A DNA stretch of 64,000 bases. Source: an uncultured Bifidobacterium sp. Its GTDB lineage: Bacteria > Acidobacteriota > Vicinamibacteria > Vicinamibacterales > CAVVIG01. The position numbers were made by a program, and so were the translations under genes. The DNA is taken from positions 57,123 to 121,122 of the forward strand of contig CAYLTD010000008.1 in NCBI GenBank assembly GCA_964386715.1, read 5' to 3'. This document shows, in pieces, positions 26,618-36,245 of this stretch. Under the pieces are notes generated by a model. It was not told the origin of the DNA. It worked only from the letters and a program-made list of their open reading frames with translations, and made no database searches. The number at the start of each line of letters is the position of its first letter. Position 1 is the stretch's first letter.

Positions 26618-28401
26618 TGCCGACCCGCGCGTCGTTCCAGACCAAGCTGTTCCTCGCGGCGCTGTCCACCGCGGTGCTGGCGCTGGCCGTTGCGGGTGTG
26701 CTCTTCACGCTGACCATCCGCGAGCAGGCCAACGCGCAGATCGAATCAACGCTGGGCGCTGAGGCCCGGCTCGTCTCGGACCTGCTCGCGCGCATGCCGG
26801 CGCCTGCCGGCGATGCGATGCGTTACCTCGACACCGAGGCCGATCGGATAGGACAACTCCTCGGCGTGCGCGTCACCCTGATCGGCAACGACGGGCGGGT
26901 GCTGGGCGACTCGGCCGAGGCGGCAGAGCGGCTGCCGCTGCTCGAGAACCATGCGACGCGCCCCGAGGTCGTGCGGGCGCGGGCAGGCGGGCTCGGCGTG
27001 GACAGGCGCAGCAGTTCGACCGTCGGCGTGGAGATGGTGTACGTCGCGGTGCCCTCACCGCACGCGCAGGTGGCCGTCGTCCGACTCGCGCTGCCGCTCA
27101 CCAGTGTCCGCCAGCAGCTGCAGCGCGGGCTCTCCCCCGCAGCCGTCGCACTGGGCCTGGCGCTGCTCGGCGGCGGACTGCTTGCCGCGATGCTCGCGGG
27201 ACGCATGGGACAGCGCGTCCGCGCCATCGCGTGGATCGCCGAGCGCTACCGGCAGGGCGACCTGACGCCACCGCGGCTCGACTACGGAGACGATGAACTG
27301 GGCCTGGTGGCACGGGCCCTGGACGATTCGGTCCACGAACTCGGCAGCCGCCTCGAAGACCTCGAACGGGACCGCGGCCGCATGGCGGCGCTCCTGGCCG
27401 GCATGATTGAGGGAGTCATCGTGGTGGACCAATCCGGACGGCTGCAGCTGGTCAACGCCGCCGCGCAGGACATGCTCCGAATCGACGCCGCACCGATCGG
27501 CCGGCACTACGTCGAGACGATCCGGCACCCGGCCATCACCGAGCTCGTCGCCGCGGCGCTGCGCGGCCGGACGCCGGCCTCGGTCGAGTTCTCCCCGCCA
27601 CGCGATTCGGCACGAACACTCATCGTGCGCGCCGCGCCGGTGGCCGCCGGCTGGCCATCCGGCGTCGTGCTCGTGCTGCACGACATCACGGAACTGAAGA
27701 AAGCGGACAAGGTGCGGCGGGACTTCGTCGCGAACGTCTCGCACGAACTGCGGACGCCGCTGACCGCCATCCGCGGCTACGTGGAGGCGCTGTCGGAGGG
27801 CGATGCCGGCCCGGAGGACAGCGCGCGGTTCCTCGAGATCATCACCCGCCACACCCGTCGGATGGAGCGGCTCGTACAGGACCTGCTGCGGCTGGCGCGG
27901 ATCGAAGCGGGGCAGGAGACCCTGGACCTCGGGCCATGCGACCTGCGGTCGCTCGCGCAGGTCGTCGTCTCCGATCTCGAGTCGGCATTCGACGCGAAGC
28001 AGCAGCGGGTGCGGATCGAGATCGACCCGTCAGCGGCGCTGGTGCAGGCCGACGCCGCCAAGCTGCACGACGTGCTGCGTAACCTGCTCGCCAACGCGAG
28101 TGCCTATTCGCCGGAGGGCACCACGATCCAGGTCGCGAGCCGACCGGCGAACGACCGCGTCGCCGTGGACATCCTCGACGAGGGCCCCGGCATTCCCGAG
28201 GGCGACCGCACACGCGTGTTCGAGCGGTTCTACCGGGTCGACAAGTCGCGCGCGCGCGACCCGGGCGGCACCGGCCTCGGGCTGGCGATCGTCAGGCACC
28301 TCGTGGAACTGCACGGCGGGAAGGTGTCGGTCAGGAACCGCGCGACCGGCGGGGCGCAGTTCACGGTCGAACTGGCACCCGCGTCGTTCGAGGAACGGTA
28401 G
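26617..28401 (+). CDS. phoR: sensor histidine kinase, PhoR-like
   Basis: Two TM segments flanking a periplasmic domain, then HAMP/PAS-like region, H-box [15 protein letters not shown] and HATPase ([11 protein letters not shown]). Confidence 0.75.
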   Translation: MPTRASFQTKLFLAALSTAVLALAVAGVLFTLTIREQANAQIESTLGAEARLVSDLLARMPAPAGDAMRYLDTEADRIGQLLGVRVTLIGNDGRVLGDSAEAAERLPLLENHATRPEVVRARAGGLGVDRRSSSTVGVEMVYVAVPSPHAQVAVVRLALPLTSVRQQLQRGLSPAAVALGLALLGGGLLAAMLAGRMGQRVRAIAWIAERYRQGDLTPPRLDYGDDELGLVARALDDSVHELGSRLEDLERDRGRMAALLAGMIEGVIVVDQSGRLQLVNAAAQDMLRIDAAPIGRHYVETIRHPAITELVAAALRGRTPASVEFSPPRDSARTLIVRAAPVAAGWPSGVVLVLHDITELKKADKVRRDFVANVSHELRTPLTAIRGYVEALSEGDAGPEDSARFLEIITRHTRRMERLVQDLLRLARIEAGQETLDLGPCDLRSLAQVVVSDLESAFDAKQQRVRIEIDPSAALVQADAAKLHDVLRNLLANASAYSPEGTTIQVASRPANDRVAVDILDEGPGIPEGDRTRVFERFYRVDKSRARDPGGTGLGLAIVRHLVELHGGKVSVRNRATGGAQFTVELAPASFEER

Positions 28402-28404
28402 GAC

Positions 28405-29397
28405 CTATCGCGCCCCGGCGAGGCTGAGCAGGGTGTAGGTGAGTGCGCCAATCGTGAAGGCGGCGGGAATGGTGAGCACCCACGCCCAGACGATCTGCCC
28501 GGCCACACCCCAGCGCACCGCCGACAGCCGCCGCGTGGCGCCGACGCCCACGATCGACCCGGTGATGGCGTGCGTGGTGCTGACGGGCACGCCCGTCAGC
28601 GTGGCAATCATCAGCGCCGTCGCCGCGCCGGTTTCCGCGGCAAATCCGCCGACGGGCTGGAGCTTGGTGATCTTGGCGCCCATCGTGTGAATGATGCGCC
28701 AGCCGCCGGCCAGAGTCCCGAGGCCGATCGCCGTGTGCGCGAGCAGGACCACCCAGAACGGGATGTCGAAGGTCGGGATGTAGCCGGCCGCGAACAGGAT
28801 GCCGGCGATGATGCCCATCGTCTTCTGGGCGTCGTTGGCACCGTGATTCAGGCTGAAGAAGGCAGCCGACACGAGCTGCAGGCGGCGAAACCACCGGTCC
28901 ACGCGCGACGGGGGCGTCCACCGGAAGATCCACAGGATCGCGGTCATCAGCGCGAGCCCGGCGGTCAGGCCGATGAGCGGCGACAGGAGGATGAAGGTGA
29001 GCGTGAGCGTCCAGCCGCTCGGGATGATCGCCGCGAACCCGGCCTTCGCCACCGCGGCTCCGGCGTAGCCGCCGATGAGCGCGTGCGACGAGCTCGTCGG
29101 GAGCCCGAAGTACCAGGTGATCAGGTCCCACACGATCGCGCCCGTCAGCCCGCCGAACACCACCGCGAAGGTGACGATGTTGATGTCGATCATGCCGGAG
29201 CCCACCGTCTTGGCGACGGCAGTTCCGAACACGAACGCGGCGACGAAGTTGAAGAACGCGGCCCAGATGACCGCCTTGCCCGGCGTCAGGACCCGCGTGG
29301 AGACGACGGTGGCGATGGAGTTCGCCGCGTCGTGAAAGCCGTTGATGTAGTCGAAGACGAGCGCGACCCCGATCAGCGCGACGACGATCCAGAACAT
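28405..29397 (-). CDS. pit: inorganic phosphate transporter, PiT family
   Basis: N-terminal FDYINGFHDAANSIAT and repeated GANDAQK motif. Multi-TM. Confidence 0.9.
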   Translation of the reverse strand: MFWIVVALIGVALVFDYINGFHDAANSIATVVSTRVLTPGKAVIWAAFFNFVAAFVFGTAVAKTVGSGMIDINIVTFAVVFGGLTGAIVWDLITWYFGLPTSSSHALIGGYAGAAVAKAGFAAIIPSGWTLTLTFILLSPLIGLTAGLALMTAILWIFRWTPPSRVDRWFRRLQLVSAAFFSLNHGANDAQKTMGIIAGILFAAGYIPTFDIPFWVVLLAHTAIGLGTLAGGWRIIHTMGAKITKLQPVGGFAAETGAATALMIATLTGVPVSTTHAITGSIVGVGATRRLSAVRWGVAGQIVWAWVLTIPAAFTIGALTYTLLSLAGAR

Positions 29398-29404
29398 CGG
29401 CGGG

Positions 29405-30022
29405 TCAACCGTGCTTGACTACGACGCCTTCGAGGACGTTGGCCACGTCCTCGCAGCGGTCGGTCGCATGCTCCAGCAGGTCGAGCGTCTCCTTCCACTT
29501 CATCACCGTGATCGGGTCGCGCTCGGTCTCGAACAGCCGGCTCACCGCTTCCTGGTGGATGCGGTCGGCGTCGTTCTCGAGGCGATTGATCTCGACGGCG
29601 TGGGTGATGACGCCCTTGTTCTTCTCCATGGCGTCGAGCGCGAGGCGGACCTGCCTGGTGCTGGCCGTGATCGTCTGGGCCAGTTCCCGCACACCGAACC
29701 GCACCGAATCGATCTTGTAGACCTTGATCAGCGTCGCCGACGCGTCGATGGCATCCATCACATCGTCGAGCGACTTGGCCAGCTCGTGGATGTCCTCGCG
29801 ATCGATCGGGGTGACGAAGGTCCGGTTCAGGCGCTGGATGATTTCGTGCGTGAGGAAGTCGCACTTGTGCTCGACCTCCTTGATCTCCTCCGCCTTGTGC
29901 CAGAGGGGCTGGTCGGGCGCGACCATCTCCTCGAGGAGCGCGGCCCCGCGCTGCAGTTCGTCAGCCAGCGCCTGGAAGTCACTGTAGAACTTCTCCTCGC
30001 GTGGAATCAGACGAAATACCAA
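29405..30022 (-). CDS. DUF47 / PhoU-like Pit accessory protein
   Basis: 205 aa, helical, starting FRLIPREEKFYSDF, which is typical of the TIGR00153 family. TTG start with GGGAGGG RBS. Immediately upstream of pit. Confidence 0.85.
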   Translation of the reverse strand: MVFRLIPREEKFYSDFQALADELQRGAALLEEMVAPDQPLWHKAEEIKEVEHKCDFLTHEIIQRLNRTFVTPIDREDIHELAKSLDDVMDAIDASATLIKVYKIDSVRFGVRELAQTITASTRQVRLALDAMEKNKGVITHAVEINRLENDADRIHQEAVSRLFETERDPITVMKWKETLDLLEHATDRCEDVANVLEGVVVKHG

Positions 30023-30082
30023 CGGACCCTCCCTCGACTGTCACTCGTCAACGCAGGAAACCCACGGATTGTAGCAGAACCA

Positions 30083-30099
30083 TTTACACAGCCGTTACA
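30083..30099 (+). promoter_or_regulatory. TTTACA-N5-GTTACA direct repeat, candidate PhoB/PhoP-type box
   Basis: The hexamers start 11 bp apart. The site lies 63 nt upstream of the glgC ATG and 61 nt from the divergent DUF47-pit start. Confidence 0.35.
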
Positions 30100-30161
30100 T
30101 GGCCTGCGCGAGGCGCGGCATCGGTTGGCTCTTGCATCGGGTGTACCATTTGCACACGTCA

Positions 30162-31442
30162 ATGGCCGTGAACAACGAAGTTCTCGCAATCATCCTGGGC
30201 GGCGGGCAGGGCTCGCGCCTTTTCCCCCTCACGCAGCTGCGCTCCAAGCCGGCGGTGCCGATCGCCGGGAACTACCGCCTGATCGACATCCCCGTGAGCA
30301 ACTGCCTGCACGCGGACATCCGGCGGATCTTCGTGCTGACGCAGTTCAACTCCGCGTCGCTCAACCGGCACGTGAGCCAGACCTACCGGATGGACCTGTT
30401 CAGCCCGGGCTTCGTCGAGATCCTGGCCGCCGAGATCACCCCCGAGAACACCAACTGGTTCCAGGGTACGGCCGACGCGGTGCGCAAGGCGGCCCGCCAC
30501 TTCGTCCGGTACGACTCCGACTACTACTTGATCCTGGCGGGCGACCACCTGTACCGGATGGACTACTGCGAGATGGTGGACGCGCACATCGAGCGCAAGG
30601 CCGACATCACCATCGCGGCGCAGCCCTGCACGCCCGAGGACGCCACGCAGATGGGCATCTTCCGCTTCGACCGCCAGGGGCACATCGTCGCCTTCGAGGA
30701 AAAGCCCAATGCCGAGCGGCTGGCCGAGATCGGCCAGAGCATCCCGAAGGGGGCGACCACGGCGGGCGTCTCACCGGACAAGCCCTTCGTGGCCTCGATG
30801 GGCGTGTACGTCTTCTCGCGCGAGGTGCTGCTCGAACTGCTGGCAGCGAGCGAGGCCAAGGACTTCGGCCGCGAGGTCATTCCGTCGGCCCTCGGGAAGT
30901 ATCGCGTCAATTCGTTCCTGTTCCGCGGGTTCTGGGCCGATGTCGGGACGGTGGAGTCGTTCTACGACGCGAACATCATGCTCACCAGGCCCGGGTCGCC
31001 CTTCAAGTTCTACGACCCGCACCGGCCGATCTTCACGCACGCGCGGTTCCTGCCGGGCTCACGGCTGGTGGACGCGCGCATGCACGACGCCATCGTGTCG
31101 GAGGGGTGCTATCTGGCGCAGTGCACCGTGGAGGCGTCGGTCATCGGGATCCGCACCCACGTGCAGGAGGGCGCCACCATTTCCCGGTCGGTGCTCCTCG
31201 GCGCGGACTATTTCGAGTCGGAAGACCGAGCCCCGGCCCGCGGGGATGCCCCGCGCCTGGGCATCGGGCGCAACGTCGTGCTGGACAAGGTGATCGTGGA
31301 CAAGAACGCGCGCATCGGCGACGGTGCGCGGCTCGTCAACGCGCAGGGCGTCACGCATGCCGACGGCGACGGCTACTACATCCGCGACGGCATCATCATC
31401 GTGCCGAAGGACGGGGTCATCAAGCCGGGCACCATCGTGTAA
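30162..31442 (+). CDS. glgC: glucose-1-phosphate adenylyltransferase
   Basis: Start at ATG 30162. LAIILGGGQGSRLFPLTQLRSKPAVPIAGNYRLIDIPVSNC. C-terminal left-handed beta-helix region. Confidence 0.9.
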   Translation: MAVNNEVLAIILGGGQGSRLFPLTQLRSKPAVPIAGNYRLIDIPVSNCLHADIRRIFVLTQFNSASLNRHVSQTYRMDLFSPGFVEILAAEITPENTNWFQGTADAVRKAARHFVRYDSDYYLILAGDHLYRMDYCEMVDAHIERKADITIAAQPCTPEDATQMGIFRFDRQGHIVAFEEKPNAERLAEIGQSIPKGATTAGVSPDKPFVASMGVYVFSREVLLELLAASEAKDFGREVIPSALGKYRVNSFLFRGFWADVGTVESFYDANIMLTRPGSPFKFYDPHRPIFTHARFLPGSRLVDARMHDAIVSEGCYLAQCTVEASVIGIRTHVQEGATISRSVLLGADYFESEDRAPARGDAPRLGIGRNVVLDKVIVDKNARIGDGARLVNAQGVTHADGDGYYIRDGIIIVPKDGVIKPGTIV

Positions 31443-31507
31443 ATCTTCCATAAGCTGCGGGGTCGACGGGCGAACCAATCCTAGGCCCGGGCCCCGCGTC
31501 CGCGCAG

Positions 31508-31546
31508 TTAACGCCCCTGTAACTTTCCCGTCGCAGCCCGATCACA
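31508..31546 (+). promoter_or_regulatory. four 11-bp-phased hexamers, candidate Pho box array
   Basis: TTAACG cccct GTAACT ttccc GTCGCA gcccg ATCACA. The array ends 84 nt upstream of the TBDR ATG (31630). Confidence 0.3.
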
Positions 31547-31629
31547 CCCGCTCTCTACCCTCTCAGTAGCCGGCTCCCCTGCTTCGGGTTCCGGCCTGGG
31601 TCCGGAGGTCTCCGGGCCATGGAGGACCA

Positions 31630-34600
31630 ATGAGACTGTTTCGCTTCATTGTCGCGGTGCTGTGCGCGGCGATGATCCCCGCTGCGGCGTCCGCTCAGCA
31701 AACCGAGGGGCGCATCATCGGCAAGATTGCCGACCAGAGCCAGGGCGCCCTGCCCGGTGTCACGGTCAACATCGAATCGCGCGACACGGGCGCCCTGCGC
31801 TCGATCGTCACCGATGCCGAAGGCCGGTTCACGGTCACCAACCTGTCGCCGGGCCGCTACCGCGTGACGGCGCAGCTCGAGGGTTTCCAGCCCCGGGTTC
31901 GCGACCTCGTGCTCGGCGTGGGCCAGGTGGAGACCGTGACGCTCGAACTCGGCATCGCGGCCATTTCCGAGTCGGTCAACGTGCAGGCCTCGGCCCCGGT
32001 GCTCGACGTCTCCTCGGCGCGCATCGGCGTGAACGTGTCGCCCGAAGAGGTGGAGAACCTCCCGGTCAACGGCCGCAACTTCGCCAACCTGATGACGCTG
32101 GCGACCGGCGCGACCTCGGACGGCAACGGCGGCTGGTCGTCGGTGCGTTTCAACGGCAAGTCGAACCAGCAGAACTATCTCAACTACGACGGCGTGGACG
32201 GCACCTACGTGTGGGACGCGAGCCCGGGCTACCTGAGCGCCACCGGCTCGCAGTTCCGCCTGCAGACCTCGATGGAATCGATCGCCGAGTTCCGCGTGAA
32301 CTCGGGCCTCGCGCCGGCGGAAAGCGGGCTGGGCGCCGGCGGCAACATCACGGTCATCAGCAAGAGCGGCAGCAACCAGCTGCGCGGCTCCGGCTTCTGG
32401 TACGGCCGGAACGACGCCCTCGATGCGGCCAGCAAGTACGACGACCGCAAGCAGCCGCTCGAGCTGAACCAGTTCGGCGGGTCGCTCGGCGGGCCGCTGC
32501 GCTCGAACCGCACGTTCTTCTTCGCCAGCTACGAAGGCCTGCGCCAGACCACCGGCCTGAGCTTCACGGAAGCGGTGCCGAGCGCCGAAGCGCGGCGGCG
32601 GATCCTGGCCGGTGAGCCAATCGGCTCGGGCGCGGGCCAGAGCGCCGCGCGCACGCAGGCGGTGGCCCCGCTGCTGGCCGGCTTCCCGCTCGGCCAGGTG
32701 CCGACGTCTAACCCCCTGGTCGACCTGGCCACACTCGACTCGAACGCGACGCAGCGTGAGAACGCGATCTCGCTCCGCCTGGACCATCGCTTCAGCGCAT
32801 CCCAGTCGGTCTACGCGCGCTACATGTTCAGCGACGGGACCGTCGACACGCCGGACCGGACCGTGACCCCGCGCCGGGTGCTGGCGAAGCAGCGGCCGCA
32901 GAACGCGGTCTTCAACTACCAGTCGATCGTGGGCTCGAACCTGGTGAACGAGATCAAGGTGGGTGTGAACCTGCCGCAGACGAGCGCCACGGCATTCGGC
33001 GCCGTGCCCAACTACCCGGCGCTCGGCGTCTCGCTGGCCGGCGCGTTCACCTCGTCCTCGATTGACGCCCGCGGCAACACGGGAATCGCGCGCAGCGGCC
33101 TGCTGATCCGCGCCACCAGCGCCTCGTCGACCACGGGGTCGGCGTTCGATCCGATGTCCATCGCGCTGAACAGCGCGACCACCTGGACCCGCGGCGTGCA
33201 CACGGTGAAGTTCGGCGGCGAGTACCGGCGCATCCAGTCGGACTTCCAGTTCCTGGGCAGCCAGGAACTGACCTACAACAGCATCAACGACTTCATCGAC
33301 AACCGCCCGAATCAGTACGCCGTCACGCAGGACTCGCCGGTCTTCCGGCCCGAACAGTTCTACGCGATTGGCTTCGTGCAGGATACGTGGCGAACGAGCG
33401 ACAAGCTGACGCTCGAACTGGGCCTGCGCTACGACTACTACTCGGTGGTGCGTGAGGCCCAGGGCCGCGCCAGGCCGTTCTTCGTCGAGGAGAACGAGTT
33501 CAGCGCGGACGCGAACAACTTCTACGACCCGGACTACAACAACTTCTCGCCCCGCCTGTCGGCGGCCTATCAGCTGAACAACAAGACAGTGCTGCGGTCC
33601 GGCTTTGGCCTGTTCTACGGCCCGGGCCAGTTCGAGGATCGGATCCAGCCGATCGAGAACTACATCGAGCGCTCACGCGTGCAGGCGTCCGACGTGTCGG
33701 CCAACGCGCTCGCGTATCCGATTGCGGATGCCACGCTCCGCAACCTGCTGTCGATTCGCGGCTACACGCACAACTACCCGAACGAATACAACATGCAGTA
33801 CGGCGTGAGCGTGCAGCGCGAGCTGCCCGGCGCGGTCAACCTGACCGTGGGCTACACGGGCAGCAAGGGCTACGACATGTTCCTGCGCGGCGTGGGCAAC
33901 ACGCTGGACCCGCTCACCCGGGTGCGGCCGGTGCCAGGCTACGGCCAGATCGACTTCAAGACCGGCGGCTGCGTGGACTTCTCGCTGGCGGGCCGCTACC
34001 CGGTGGCGGGCTGCGGCACGGCCAACTACAACGCCCTGCAGGTGAGCGCCACGCGGCGATTCCAGGCGGGCTTCACCGGCGGCTTCCAGTACCAGTACTC
34101 GCGCAACCGGGGCACGACGCAGGGCTCGAACGAAGCGGCGACCGCCCAGAACACCTTCGACTTCAACAGCGAGAACGGGATCAACCCGCAGGACATCCCG
34201 CACACCTTCAACGGCTCGCTGATCTACCTGCTGCCCGGCGAGGGAGCGTGGAAGGGCGGCTGGCGCGTGGGCACCATCATCAACGCCCGGAGCGGCGTGC
34301 CGGTCAACGTCACCATCAACCGTCCGGACAACATCTCGGTCGGCGGCGTGACGGTGACGAACATCCCCGGCGGCAACAGCCGCGGCACGCAGCGCCCGGA
34401 CCTGGTCCCCGGCGTGAACCCCTACATCGAGAACGGGGGCGTACGCTGGCTGAATCCGGCCGCCTTCGCCACGCCGCAGCCCGGCACCTTCGGCAACCTG
34501 CCGCGCAACTTCCTCCGCGGGCCCGAGTTCTGGCAGGCCGACCTGATGTTCTCGAAGGACTTCCGCTTCGCGAACACGCAGGGCATCCAGTTCCGCGTCG

Positions 34601-34788
34601 AGATCTTCAACCTGCTGAACCGGCTCAACTACGAGAACCCGGCAGCGAACCTGCCGAACGGCACGCCGGGTGTGCCATTCACGGATGCGAACGCCGGCAC
34701 CTTCGGCTACATGCTCGGTCCGCTGAACCGCACGGTCGGTCTGGGCACCGCGCGCCAGACGCAGATTTCGCTTCGCTACACGTTCTAA
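31630..34788 (+). CDS. TonB-dependent receptor with carboxypeptidase-regulatory-like N-terminal domain
   Basis: GGAGGA RBS. Signal peptide followed by GRIIGKIAD...GVTVNI. 1052 aa. C-terminal ISLRYTF. Confidence 0.9.
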   Translation: MRLFRFIVAVLCAAMIPAAASAQQTEGRIIGKIADQSQGALPGVTVNIESRDTGALRSIVTDAEGRFTVTNLSPGRYRVTAQLEGFQPRVRDLVLGVGQVETVTLELGIAAISESVNVQASAPVLDVSSARIGVNVSPEEVENLPVNGRNFANLMTLATGATSDGNGGWSSVRFNGKSNQQNYLNYDGVDGTYVWDASPGYLSATGSQFRLQTSMESIAEFRVNSGLAPAESGLGAGGNITVISKSGSNQLRGSGFWYGRNDALDAASKYDDRKQPLELNQFGGSLGGPLRSNRTFFFASYEGLRQTTGLSFTEAVPSAEARRRILAGEPIGSGAGQSAARTQAVAPLLAGFPLGQVPTSNPLVDLATLDSNATQRENAISLRLDHRFSASQSVYARYMFSDGTVDTPDRTVTPRRVLAKQRPQNAVFNYQSIVGSNLVNEIKVGVNLPQTSATAFGAVPNYPALGVSLAGAFTSSSIDARGNTGIARSGLLIRATSASSTTGSAFDPMSIALNSATTWTRGVHTVKFGGEYRRIQSDFQFLGSQELTYNSINDFIDNRPNQYAVTQDSPVFRPEQFYAIGFVQDTWRTSDKLTLELGLRYDYYSVVREAQGRARPFFVEENEFSADANNFYDPDYNNFSPRLSAAYQLNNKTVLRSGFGLFYGPGQFEDRIQPIENYIERSRVQASDVSANALAYPIADATLRNLLSIRGYTHNYPNEYNMQYGVSVQRELPGAVNLTVGYTGSKGYDMFLRGVGNTLDPLTRVRPVPGYGQIDFKTGGCVDFSLAGRYPVAGCGTANYNALQVSATRRFQAGFTGGFQYQYSRNRGTTQGSNEAATAQNTFDFNSENGINPQDIPHTFNGSLIYLLPGEGAWKGGWRVGTIINARSGVPVNVTINRPDNISVGGVTVTNIPGGNSRGTQRPDLVPGVNPYIENGGVRWLNPAAFATPQPGTFGNLPRNFLRGPEFWQADLMFSKDFRFANTQGIQFRVEIFNLLNRLNYENPAANLPNGTPGVPFTDANAGTFGYMLGPLNRTVGLGTARQTQISLRYTF

Positions 34789-34878
34789 GGCGCGGCATGG
34801 CGGCGGGCCGGATGGTCCGCCGCTCACCGCGCCGGTTTCAGCCCTCGCGGCACGGGGTCGCAGGCTGAACAGGACAAG

Positions 34879-34913
34879 GCCCGCCGGAAACATTCCGGCG
34901 GGCGTTGTCTTTG
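34879..34913 (+). terminator. intrinsic terminator
   Basis: 11-bp stem GCCCGCCGGAA/TTCCGGCGGGC, 3-nt loop, then GTTGTCTTTGT. A second hairpin lies at 34800..34823, right after the stop. Confidence 0.7.
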
Positions 34914-35037
34914 TCCGCACCCCGTCCGCCCGCGCTCGCGAGCCACGTCACTCCCTCACAGGGTGCCCGGCCCGCGCCGCCCCGGCCACACGCTGACCGC
35001 CGCAGCGCTTTTTACATCCCGCGTCTATACTCCCCGC

Positions 35038-35976
35038 ATGCTCACGAAGGCTCCCCGACCCACAACGGTACTGGCCACCACGGTCGTCACTGCCCTTGCC
35101 GCTGGCATCCTGGTCCAGGGCGCGGACACCCGGAAGACGCTCATCGCGCACCGAGGTGCCTCGGGATACGCTCCCGAGCACACCATGGCCGCCTACGAGA
35201 TGGCCATCGCGCAGAAGGCCGACTTCGTCGAGCCCGACCTGGCCGTCTCGAAGGACGGCGTGCTGATGTGCCTGCACGACGACACGCTCGACCGGACGAC
35301 GAACGTCGAGGACGTGTTCCCGGCCCGGTTCAGCCCCGACGTGAAGGGGCGCGGCGGCGAGAAGCGGTGGGTGGCGAACGATTTCACGGTCGCCGAGATC
35401 AAGCAGCTCGACGCCGGCAGCTGGTTCGACGCGAAGTTCGCGGGGGCACGAGTGCCGACCTGGGAGGACATGGTCGCCTTCGTGCGGACGCACCCGGGCG
35501 TGGGCGTGTATCCCGAGCTGAAGTCGCCGCCGCTCTACACCGCGCGCGGCGTGGACATGACCAGGATCTTCGTCGCATCGGTGAAGCGGCTCGGGCTGGA
35601 CAAGGCCGAGTCGCTGGCGAAGACGCCGGTGATCATCCAGTCGTTCGACCGGCCGACGATTCAGCGCATGGCCACCGAACTACCCACCGTGCCGCGCGTG
35701 TTCCTGACCTCGGACGAAGCCGACATCACCGACGCGCGCTTGAAGGATCTGGCGACGTTCGCGCAGGGGATCGCCCCCGAGAAGCGACTGGTGGCCACGC
35801 ACCCCGACCTCGTCGCCCGGGCCCACGCGCTCGGGCTGACCGTGACCGTGTGGACCTTCCGCGCCGACGAGAAGACCTCCTACGCCAGCGTGGCCGACGA
35901 GATGTCGCAGTTTCTCTACACCTTCGGCATCGACGCCGCGTTCACGAACAACCCGGACCGGTTCCCGCGACGGTAG
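35038..35976 (+). CDS. glpQ: glycerophosphodiester phosphodiesterase, secreted
   Basis: Start at ATG 35038. Signal peptide. LIAHRGASGYAPEHT and EPDLAVSKDGVLMCLHDDTLDRTTN. Confidence 0.85.
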   Translation: MLTKAPRPTTVLATTVVTALAAGILVQGADTRKTLIAHRGASGYAPEHTMAAYEMAIAQKADFVEPDLAVSKDGVLMCLHDDTLDRTTNVEDVFPARFSPDVKGRGGEKRWVANDFTVAEIKQLDAGSWFDAKFAGARVPTWEDMVAFVRTHPGVGVYPELKSPPLYTARGVDMTRIFVASVKRLGLDKAESLAKTPVIIQSFDRPTIQRMATELPTVPRVFLTSDEADITDARLKDLATFAQGIAPEKRLVATHPDLVARAHALGLTVTVWTFRADEKTSYASVADEMSQFLYTFGIDAAFTNNPDRFPRR

Positions 35977-35994
35977 GACTGGCGCGGGCGGGCG

Positions 35995-36104
35995 GGACAG
36001 GTCGGGACGGGTCGGGAGGGTCGGGTGGGTCGGGAGGGTCGGGTGGGTCGGGAGGGTCGGGTGGGTCGGGAGGGTCGGGAGGGTCGGGAGGGTCGGGTCG
36101 GGTA
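35995..36104. repeat. G-rich 9-bp minisatellite (GTCGGGWGG, about 10 copies)
   Basis: GTCGGG recurs at 36011, 36020, 36029 ... 36092 with an exact 9-bp period, and A and T alternate at the variable position. Lies in the convergent glpQ/pstA intergenic region. Confidence 0.9.
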
Positions 36105-36245
36105 GCAGGCGGGTCGAGCAGGCCGGCAGGTGCCGCGGGAGAGCCGCCGCACATCGCGAGCCGTCCCCGCCGACGCGCCAGTCCCGGTCCGGCAGGCGCG
36201 TGGCGCTGCCCGGCAGCACGTCGGTCGATCCTCCGCGGGCTGGCG

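Noticed and set aside
35995-36104. Possible CRISPR array
   Set aside because: The units are 9 bp and contiguous with no spacers, and there are no cas genes. This is a minisatellite, not a CRISPR array.
35916-36219. ORFs translating to PDPPDPPDPP / PSRPTRPSRP repeats
   Set aside because: These are simply translations of the 9-bp minisatellite on the minus strand. They have no credible start or RBS and sit between convergent gene ends.
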